A stretch of DNA of 64,000 nt from Takakia lepidozioides (taxonomy: Eukaryota; Plantae; Bryophyta). The stretch spans positions 30,442,001 to 30,506,000 of the forward strand of contig CM060732.1 in assembly GCA_030704615.1 (NCBI GenBank), in the 5' to 3' direction. Both the position numbers and the translations under genes were made by a program. Below, one piece after another: positions 24,540 to 34,845 of the stretch. The stretch's first letter is position 1; each line of letters opens with the position of its first letter. The notes beneath the pieces are model-generated. The model worked only from the letters and a program-made list of their open reading frames with translations. It was not told where the DNA came from and did no database searches.

Positions 24540-25799
24540 ACGAGCGCGATTGGTATGCCATGCCCATGAGGAGTTGGGACATTTTGGGGTGCGACGCACT
24601 CATAGTTTGCTGCAAGAACAGTACTGGTGGCGGGGCATGCACACGGATGTGCAACAGTTAGTGGCAAGGTACATGGTGTGTGATAGAGTGCGAGCTTCTT
24701 TCAATGCACCTACTCCACAATTGCATCCTTTACCCATTATGGGTTTGGGCTATCGTTGGAGTCTTGACTTTGCAGGCCCATTGTCACTAACAATTCGCCA
24801 TAACAATTATGTGCTGGTGATGGTGGAACATTTCTCCAAGTGGATTGAACTGGTGGCATTGCCCGACAAGGCAAGTGAGGGAGCTGCGTATACATTCTTA
24901 GATCGAGTGCTTGGCCAATTTGGTGCTCCAGCTGAGGTACTCACGGACCAGGGGAGAGAGTTCTTGAGGGAGTTTTAGGCTTTGTGTGAGCAAGCCTTGA
25001 TAGATCACCGCACTACTTCTCGGGATCATCCCAAGGCTGATGGCCTAGCAGAGAGGGTTGTACAAACAGTCAAGCGAGGCTTGTGCAAGTATGACTTACA
25101 GAAGGGACACTTAGGAGATTGGGACCTTCAGCTACATTGGTTGGCCATGGGCTACAGGTTTAGCAAACAAGCATCACTTGCCTTGTTCTCGCCTTATTTC
25201 CTTCTCTTTGGCCGAGAGCCAGATTTGCCTGCATCTATTCGCAGGGAGACTGCAGTAGTTATCAACCTTGATGATCCGGATGTGTGGACATAAGCATGTG
25301 CCCAGCGGGCAGAGTTGTTCAAGAGAGTCATGCCTATGGCTTTTGAGAACCTTGCTATTGCCCATTGAGGTACGTCACTATACGTGGAGGCGGATATCGG
25401 CCAGGTGTTCGGTGTTTCCACCCTAGGGACTATGTGTATCTGCAACAGACAACGCCTACGACTTTGGATGTCACAGCAGGGCGTGTGATTCTAAGGGTCC
25501 GGGAGGTGTTGCCTTCAGGAGTGTTGATTATGGAGGGTCGAGATGGCATGGTATGGAAGGACCATGTGCGCAATTGTGCGCCATGTCACCTTCCATATGT
25601 GGATGGGAGGATAGATCCTAACCTTGCAGTGGTACCTGTAGGGTTGTGTTGCATGCTATGTGGGCATGCTGGTGGTGCCGCGACCATGTTGGTGTGTGAC
25701 AAATGCTCAAGGGGGTGGCACATGGGATGCTTGACACCGCCACTTGAGGAGGTTCATAGTGGAGAATGGTTGTGTCCACAATGCCTTGGACATAGGTAG
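24540..25799 (+). pseudogene. Gypsy integrase with C-terminal PHD finger (25650-25784)
   Basis: HEELGHFG zinc finger, SLDFAGP, LTDQGREF, AERVVQTVKR, SPYFLLFGR; PHD C4HC3 CMLC-x11-CDKC-x4-H-x2-C-x14-CPQC including the EWLC motif. Confidence 0.92.
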
Positions 25800-26584
25800 T
25801 GGGCATGACAATGGTGGAATTGACAAGTGATCCAAGGTCTAGCTGATGGGAGCTCAACGCCATGGATACTTAATTGAAGATCATGGATTGCAGGAAGGCG
25901 AGTAACGATGGGGCTACTTTTACACCCGGCCTCTTGATCTATTGACTTTAGATACTGGGACATGTGCGATTGAAGACCAAGCGTTGATTTATTGAGATGG
26001 ATACTTGTCAGCTATCCGGTATTAGATGGACCTAGTCACCAGCTAGGGGGGTGATTGTGGCATAGTTTTCTAGGATTGTGTGCTTAGAATGTATGGTGGA
26101 CAGCAATGTATGTTGTGGCACAATGCTTAGGTGCACGACAGATATGTATGCGCACGACAATGGGTTTAGAGACGGTCAAAGAGTGTTTCTTTCTCTTCCC
26201 GGGTCTACATCTCTTGTTGCCACTGGGGATCGCCTTAATGTCTCGGGGGTTGGGACCTGTCATAGACACCAATTATCTTCCTCAACCATTTCAGTGATTT
26301 TCATCTCCTGTGATGAAGCATACGCATTACGTCATTTGCCTTATAGACATATGGATGCGGACACCTTGAAAGAGGCCATTGGGGACACCGGTGGTATGGA
26401 ATATTGGCAAAGTTCATCAGCAGAATGACGAGTATCTAGGGCATAACATGAATCTTGAGTTTACATCGAAGGCACAGGAGAATGTCGAAAATCCCGACGT
26501 GCAGGAGGATGAATCAAACAACAGATCATCGCAGAGTTTGGAGAATCTGTGTGTAGGACTTGGGAGAAACAATTGGAGAAACTT

Positions 26585-29420
26585 GTAGTGCGTGCTATTG
26601 GGTGATGATGGGGGTGCACTGTTCGAGGGCAGGATTCAAGCTTGCATTCCCGACGAGGTGATTCTCAATGACAAATTGGGAGAGGACGACGTTGGAGTTC
26701 TTGTCACCAGAATACTTGATGGAGGATCTGGCTCTCTGATGTCCCTTGTTAAATGACCTTAAATAATAAAAACAAAACTTTTGGAAAGTGGGCGACTACT
26801 CTCAAATGATCTGGAGAATTTCATCAGATCTTCGGACAGTATCGAATATGAAGATCACAAGACAAAGCGGCATATAGCATCTTTATGAGGAAGAAGATGG
26901 ATCAAAATTTGGAACACTCCAAAAAATATATGAAAAATCTTACTCTGGAGGAAGTCAGATCCGTGAGCAGCAAACCTTGCTGCAGACTTCACTGCTGTCA
27001 ATATTTTGACCGGAGAAAAACCTTAGATATCCGTACTTCGTTTTGGGGATCCACTTTCGATGAGAGGAGAGAACATGGACTAAATGTTTCTAAACGACTT
27101 CACATGCTGGAAGGGACCTCTCGCAGGGCTTACGTTACGATTGAGGGTGTAGATGTTTGTGAGACTGCATGGTGGACAATTCCACCTACATGGAGTACAA
27201 GAAGTTGAGTAAACAGGGTTGGTTGTCAAGTCTTCATGGGAACCGAGGAGTGAAGCGGCCACGACCTCGGACGCTGCAGGCAAAAGATAACATTATGTCT
27301 ATTATCAACGGAAATACTGACCTCATGCCTCATAAGACAAGGTGCATTGGGGAGGGAAGGTGGGATACTTTGAGAGTCTTACCACCTGAAATGAACTGGA
27401 AGAGAATACGAGAATAGTCCAACGAGGTAAGAAATCTCCCTCTTTCACTTTCCTTCCTGGAAGTATTTTCTGACTTCAATGTGGACGGTTCTCTGGGAAT
27501 GTGTCTCTTTTCCACTGTGGTGCTAGTTTCATGAACCCTCCACTGTCCAGTGGAAGTTCCTTTTCTGACCCTTTCTGATTGTCTCAGACGAACAGACTTT
27601 TTGGGTTGAAAGGAGTTTCACAGTCGGCTGTTAGCCGCATCCGGAGTCGGATATTTCCTAACGTGGAGGTTCGATAAACTGGGAGCACATTTACGAAGTG
27701 CACGGAATGCGAGATGTTAAAGGACCTGATCAAAAAGTCTGTCAAGAGGAGTGCGGAACAGATGACACACAAACGAACGCTTGATAAACATTTGAGGCAC
27801 CAAGAGTCGTGCAGAAGACTGTACCATAGCTGGAGGAATGAATCTATTATGATTCTGGAGGAGTTTTTCTGTATCATTCACGACAAAATGGATCATAGGA
27901 AACAACTATTCATGGGCTACAGACTCCAAACAAGATGATTTCGGGATTGGGTTAGCTGCCAGTCTCACTAACGGGAATGGTCACGCACGGACACGGTGAT
28001 AGAGCTTACGGTCAGTTCTCTCTTGAGTTCTGGAAGGGAAATTCAAACTTTACAATTGGGTCTTTGGCTCGTTGCCTACGCCAGCTGGAGAAGCCAACCT
28101 GTCGCGAGTCTAGGAACATTTTCGATTATGAACTTCAAAATGAGTTTTTCAAATCGCTCTTAAGAGGTAAATCGAGATGTTTGGATGCTCTTAAACCCTG
28201 TAGGTCGGAAGACAGACGGGGTGCTCTTCCACTTCCCAAAAGACTCTACTTACAAACGAACAACTCCGCGAAGGACAATAAGAACGGATGGATGCTTGCT
28301 TTTCTATCCCTCCTCACTACCAAAGATATTTTTGAAGAGATCCAGCTAGGGTTTCTCATGGTCGGCCACACCCATGAGGATATCGACGGATTCTTCAGCT
28401 ACCTTTCGAAGAAGCTAAAGGAACGCAACACCTACATTCTTCCATTTGATGAGGTCATTCATGACCTCGCAAGATCTGCAGTTCATTCCACAGATTATTC
28501 AAGAGGTTCTAGACTTCAAGAAGTTTATAAAGGGCTGTATTCTGGATGGAAAGGAGGCGTTGGTCAGGATTTCAGAGATGCACTGTTCCGCTTTTTCAAG
28601 GATGCGGAGGGTTGGCCCGTCATGAAGTACAAGAAGTCAGCTACTGATTCGGATTGGCTTCCAAAAAACACTAGCATGAAGATGTGGAAGTCGAATCCCG
28701 ACGGGACTCCAAAGCTCCCTGAAGAGACCTAAACGCCGTTCCAAGAAGAACGGCCTGGGGAGTTGGAGACGACTCCTCCGAAAAACAGTCATTAACAAAA
28801 AATGGAATTAAAACATACAAGGATTTTTGGACAAAATGAATGTTGCTTGACGATCATTACAGAGGTCTAATGGAACAATACGACCAATACCGGAAACTCC
28901 GGAACATATTCATCTGCTTGAGGGATTCTGGCCGAAAACAAAATGGTCAACGAATCATCGGAGAGATGACATCCAACCACAGATAGTGCATGATATGGAA
29001 GAAGAGGATGAAATCCCAGAACCTTACTGTGGCCCGAGGTGTGAGCGTCCAAGGATACCCTTGAATCCGTTCAAGGATATTGAGAAAGGTTTTTTTGTGC
29101 TCGTTCGCCCTCATGACCCAAGGACGTGCCCAGTCTGGATGGGGGTGGCAATATCTGATGTGATCCGAGAAATGAAGAATCCTAATTTTAAGAAGGTGAA
29201 GGTGGAGTGGTGTAGACTGAAAAAAAGAGGTAACCCATCAGACTTGGAAAGGTACAGGGACTATTGGTCAAAACTTTGGGAGTATAACTCGTCAGATCCT
29301 GCTCAATGGATCCACGTGAACAATGTCATGTGGACAATGCCACCACGAAAAAATACAACAAAGAATATCACTAAGAGAATTACAGCCGCGGAAGCAGTGA
29401 AGGCGCGCGCGAATTAGGAG
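26585..29420 (+). mobile_element. Degenerate Sola-like (DUF7869-type) DNA transposon transposase region
   Basis: KPCCRLHCC, VCETAWW, HGNRG, KCTEC, IIHDKMDH, GMVTHGHG, LYLQTNNSAKDNKN (D>N at the usual DN), FLMVGHTHEDIDGFFS; several stops and frameshifts; TIRs not identified. Confidence 0.75.
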
Positions 29421-29879
29421 GAGGCGAATCTTCAGTCAGAAAGTGAGTCTTGCGAACGAGTTGCAGTCCAAGGCCGACAAAATGTTGAGGTCAATTCCGG
29501 TACTTCGATTTAAGAAATAAATTTTTTCTTCTCTATATGGCCCTTCTTGTTTGCATTGGGGGCTCATTTTTGTTATCTTCTTCTGTCGCACTCAACCTCG
29601 AATGTCCAGTAGATGTTCTCGATCTTTGTTCCCGGTGTGCTGGATTCTGGCCTGCTGTACATTCTGTTCAACGAAAAAAAAATCTTGTGGGGGAGTCTGT
29701 CCTATAAAACATACAGTTCACAAAAACAAAAAAGGCGGGCACGATCACTGGAGTCTTCCGCTTCACATTCGGTTAAAGTGGTTTTTAACAACCAAAAAAA
29801 TTAGACCAATTCGAGTTTTTCTCTCAATGACTGCGCATGTCAATCCAAAACAAAAGAGAAAACTAGCGCCAAAATGAAG

Positions 29880-30610
29880 GGAGAAGACATTTGGATAACC
29901 ATAATGGTTATGGTTATGTTATGGATAGTTCATTCCCATTTGTATGGGAAGGGTAAGGGTTTAGACGTAATAATGGCTCAAGGGCAAAGGTTTAGGATTT
30001 ACGGTGAAGGTTTAGGGAAAAGGTTTACGGTTTGGATTAATGTGAGGTACAAATGGTGAACAAACTTGGAAGACTCGCACTCGCTCTATACTTAGTGTTG
30101 TATCTTAATACCAGGTTCCAAGGACAAGTCTTCAATTTAAATACTTGTCCGTCCCAATGACTCTTCCATAATATTTGTTTATCCATTTTTATTTTTATTT
30201 TTTATCCTACTAACACACACCAAGTTCTAACGAGTGTGAGTCTTCCATATTTGTTTGTCCATTTGTACCTTAAACCCAAACCGAAAACCCCTACTTTTAC
30301 CATCACTCCTAAATCATTACTCTTACCATAAATCAAAAACCTTAGTGTACTACTCTAGTTACACTCTAAACCTTATTGTACTACCATTACCTTTTCTCAA
30401 TGTTTCATGCTCTTTTAATATTTGCTTTTGTTGGATAAGTTATGATAGAATGATTACAGGGATATCATTAATTATACCGAGTGTGAGTCCATCATATTTG
30501 TTTGTCCATTTGTACCCTAAATCCAAACCCTAAACCCTTACCCTTACCGTAAACCCAAACTTTATTGCACCTCTCTCTAGTTACACCCCAAACCTTGTGT
30601 AGCCTAGTAC
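29880..30610. repeat. Inverted and tandem ~250-bp repeats rich in degenerate AAACCC(T) units
   Basis: GTACAAATGGTGAACAAACTTGGAAGACTCGCACTC (~30047) is the inverse of GAGTGTGAGTCTTCCATATTTGTTTGTCCATTTGTAC (30232), which is repeated at ~30479. Confidence 0.65.
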
Positions 30611-31139
30611 CTCTTCCTAATGTTTCATGTTATTTTAATTTTTTACTGCCCTTGTCATATCCAAAACATCATTCCAATGGCGTCGTATGTGAACATTGTG
30701 CTTGACATGAAGATTCAATTAATAAAATTATTAGCAAGTTGTATCGAGTATGGTAGAGTAGGAGTTTGCCCCATGTTTGATGCGACCCATTTGTTTATTG
30801 TGATTACATAATGTAATATTACATCATTCGACTTCTAAGTGGACGTTCAATGAATTGCTTAGTACTGCTACTTCACAAGCGCTTCAATATCAAATGGACC
30901 TCTTGTATGACACATTTTGAAACAAGTATGACATCACCTGTAATTTCACAAAATTCAATCACACATTACACCATGATATTATTAATAATTCAATTAATTT
31001 TAATTCAAATATATATTAAGTTTGGTCCGAATTTAAGCCAAAAGTCCAGTATTAGTTAAAATAGGGTTTCAGAGGAAGGCTCGTTCACGGATCCTTGCTC
31101 GTCCGTAGAGAGGATGCATGGCACTGACTAAAGAACGCA

Positions 31140-33650
31140 TCTTCTATGAGCCCAAATGTCGTTATGCATAGGTAGCGTGGAGAACAAAGTCAAAAAAATA
31201 CTCAGCCGCAATGGCAGCCATTTTCCTAGGGCAGATTTGCACCCAGTTCAATCTATCCCGGAGAGAACAGATAGAAGTTGCCACTTGTCTTTGCTTAGTT
31301 CTCTGGAAGAAATAAGCATTCATTTTCTCACCTTTCAGGGACCAATTAATTCCCGCTCTTCTTTTGAGATTGAGCTCTTTGTTGGCCCGCAACTCCGAGA
31401 GATTTTTCCTGGCTGCATTGTAGGAATGGAGAGTAATAGGGCCAATTAGGTTGGACTCCATGAGCCATTGGCAATGTGCAAATGCACTTCAGAAGAGCTT
31501 TTTCCTTCCTAGGGCGTTCAAGGGCCTTGGTCCTAGAAATAGATTGCAAAGCAGCTAATTTGTGGAGAAATCTAATCGTAGGAGTGACAAAATTGTTGGC
31601 CGAATCTTTCCACATGGAGCCCAGACATGAGATTATGTCTGGAGTGCGAAGAAGAGATGGATTAAGTTTAAAATAACTTCTACCCTTAACTTCTACCCCC
31701 GGTGGTTTGAATACCAGAGAGACCATGGTATGGTCGAAATCCGGGAGAATAGGAGGGCTCCAGGGGAACCGAGCAGGCCCAGGTAGCAGCCAACGGGGAA
31801 CAATAAATTGTGTCTAATCTAGCCATACTAAGGTGGGGAGGGACTCCTATCATTGGACCAGGTGAATCTGAGGGACGAGGGAAGGGGCAGGAAGGAGTTC
31901 GAGAAGCCTACAGCAAAACAAAGACTGTCCCAAGCTGACTGTTCATCCGCAGAAAGGAACTGAGTAGCTAAACCCAGCCTATCCTGGGAAGATTCTACCA
32001 TATTAAGATCCCCCGCAAGGATCCAGTTTGAGACCTGAGAGTTTTCTAAAATTTTCGAGCGGAGCAGGAACCAAAAATGTATTCTGTCTGAGGAAGAATT
32101 CGGGATAGATGTTTGTGAAAGCAGAGGACCTGAAGATGGACGAAGGAGATGTAAAAGCACACTGAACCTTTGCGAAAGATTTCAATTGCATGCAGAAGGA
32201 AGCCAGGCTGGTCGTCCCAATTGGGGGAAATAAGGGGAAGACCGCAGGAATATCCTCTGCGTTGTACTTCGCCCCTTGGGACGGTGAAGAGGGAAGGTAC
32301 ACCCTGGAACGGATGGGCGCAGAAGGAGATAACTCTGGTCGGATCCTCTTAGCAAGGGGGAGAGTAGGAGGAGTGGATACGGCTCTTTTCCTGGAGATGT
32401 TAGCGTCCTAGACCCGCGGACCCAGCACAACCCCATCACCGTTAGAAGAGGAAGATCGTTCCTAGCCTTGAAAAGAACCGGACAGTCCACCTTGACGTGG
32501 CCTTCTGCATGGCAACGGTGGCAGATTATGGCTAGGATCACTTCCTGAACCTTAACAGTGACGAAGGAGTTATCCAACGTAGGTAACATGACAGCGATAG
32601 TGCCTAGTTCTGGCATCATTACCACAAGCTGAGGCACCCCTCCATTCCTATGAGCTTCATAAGCCAAAATGTCATTGTCTACACTCCGGGCATCGAGCTC
32701 CACTTTCTCGTAGACATTCATTGCCCCGATGTAAACCCCGGAGTGGGCGCCAATCTCTGGCCGGGAGCGGAGATAGTTCCCTGGAAGGAAGGGAAGAGCC
32801 AACACCATATGCTTGCAAATAACGCCACCTCTGTGACCCCAGTCTGTCGACCATGGAAAAATACAGACTCTACATCTACAGAGAGCTACATTAAAACTGA
32901 GAGCTTTAGACGCTGCCGCTTGAGAGCTGAACATTATAGAATAGAAGCCTCTCCCAAAAGTAAGACAAAAATGGGAGGTAAGACCCCCGTCCGGACCAAA
33001 ATGATCCAGGGCCCTGTTCCTCGCAAAAACCCTGTACCTGATTTCACCAGGGAAATGGAGAAGCACTCCTTGCTCAGAGAGCAACTGGGAGTGTTCCTTG
33101 ACCAGATCCATATTGAGCTTAAGAACAAACTGGGAGGCCCCAGGAGAAGCAGCTTCTTCGCTCCAAAACATAGGTGGCCTTCTAGGAGAGAGAGGGAAAC
33201 TCGGGGTCGCACCCAAAACACCAGTACCCGAGGAGGAGGGGGGGGCTTCTATTGCTATTGTGGTTTCTGGATCTGTTCGATCTTCTAAAGTCACCTTTCT
33301 AAGAAGGACCCGCGATGGCCGTAGGCACATACGCCACGAGAAGGAAGAAGGAGGGGAAGGAAGCCTCCGACAAAGCAGGAGGAGAGAGCCACCCAGAAAG
33401 CCGAAAGAGCTGACCACCAGGGAGTATAGATGACACCGAAGGAACTGAGACGCGCAAAAACAAGGCACGAAAATGGAGCAGAACTCTAGGAAATGCACCC
33501 CTCCAAGAGGTGCAGAGCGTGAGAGAAACGTAGCCTAGCAACTGCAACCAGAGGTTCCCGCTTAGCACCATAAACGCCACTATGAAGAGCGCCGCAAATA
33601 CCATAAGGGAGAAGGTGTGAGACAAAGAGAGACCCAGGCGCACTTAACTC
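31140..33650 (-). mobile_element. L1-clade LINE fragment: ORF1 plus ORF2 APE endonuclease, truncated before RT
   Basis: ORF1 32182..33498 with GFYSIMF and zinc knuckle CHRCHAEGHVKVDC; endonuclease WILAGDLNMV, FTWSN, RLD, DH; linker YFKLNPSLL and GEKMNAYFF. Confidence 0.85.
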
Positions 33651-33859
33651 AATAGGGCACAAAGATCAACAAAAAGCGTAAAAAAGGAATGATGAATGTG
33701 TGAGAAAAGAGGGGAAGTAGAGGAGAGGATAGAGGAGAGGATGAAGAGACAGGCAGGGGCTAGTGGGGAGCTGTGTGCAAGTAGATGGAAGTACCGTTGG
33801 AAAGCCCTGGATGAGGAGGGGTGCACGGGCTTGGTCTCATGATTTTTGGACCTGCGGTG

Positions 33860-34170
33860 TGGGAGATGTCGAATTTCAAGTACTTTTGGTCGCTGAAAAT
33901 TCGCAAAAAACAGGAAAGTAATCTTTCCTGGCACATAGATCGGAGCCTTGACAGGAGAGATATCAAGGCAAAGGTCTCCGGTTCAAATCAATCGTAGATT
34001 TCGTGGAAAAAAAATGATTAGACTTGGAGGACTTAGATGACATTGGACACTTGGGCCAACGGCACAGGCTACCCTGGAGGTCATACTTGGGCCTAGATAG
34101 GAGACGCACTTGGAGATTGCACTTGGGCTTACATGACCCTGGACACTTGGGCCAACGGCACAGGCTACCC
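33860..34170 (+). repeat. Dispersed repeat shared with 8500-8740, with internal duplication
   Basis: TGGACACTTGGGCCAACGGCACAGGCTACCCT occurs twice (~34044 and ~34140). Confidence 0.6.
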
Positions 34171-34845
34171 TAGCCTCGTCTCCTTTCTTACAAAAAAGAA
34201 AAAAAGAAAAAAGAAAAACTAGGTAATCCGTGTGTGGAAAACTCACTTCATGTAAAGAGGTCATGGATGAAACGAGCACCTTCACAGATGAAACAAGCGT
34301 CTTCCTGGATGAAACAAACGACCCCCTAGATGATGCACAACGATTACAATGGTTACTGCGTCATAACCGCGGCTCCAGACACGATCCTGACCCTTTGAAA
34401 AAGGTCACATTTGTCCTCTCGGAAGTGAAAAAACAAATTGCTTGTCTTGTTGGTTAACATTTTGTACACCTATTCCATTTAATGATGTGGATGCAATGTT
34501 CTTTGCAATGCTGCTTCTTACTTAGAATCCAGTTTTGTCCTAGAAGGGCATGAAACATGAAGTATTCAGTATCAGACTGTCAAGTACAAGTTATGCAGGT
34601 TAGCTCTGCTAAGCAAAAATAATTTCATAAAAAAGCTGGCTAGCCATGGAATGAGACAGTACAAACCAACAGCTGCATATGGTAATCAAACACTTGACTC
34701 GAGCTGTATTTCAAAGGCCACAGTTTTTCCTGACCATCTCAAAGGGCAGGTTCAAAGTGAAAACTCATGGGATCATCAGAATCACCCTGCGCTCAGATAT
34801 TAGCCATAAGCCCAACGCTGGCGAACGTCCACAAAGAAAAGGGCC

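Larger units (their letters stand above)
19500..26150 (+). mobile_element. Degenerate Ty3/Gypsy LTR retrotransposon, order GAG-(PR remnant)-DNMT-RT-RH-INT-PHD; 5' LTR not found
   Basis: Gypsy order RT-RH-INT; PPT AGCTAGGGGGGTGAT (26041-26055) followed by TG at 26056 (putative 3' LTR start); several stops and frameshifts. Outer boundaries approximate. Confidence 0.9.

Noticed and set aside
30270-30600. Interstitial telomere
   Set aside because: Only scattered degenerate AAACCC(T) units; no tandem TTTAGGG tract.
32650-33433. Plus-strand ORFs of 212 and 111 aa
   Set aside because: Antisense to L1 ORF1 with no independent evidence.
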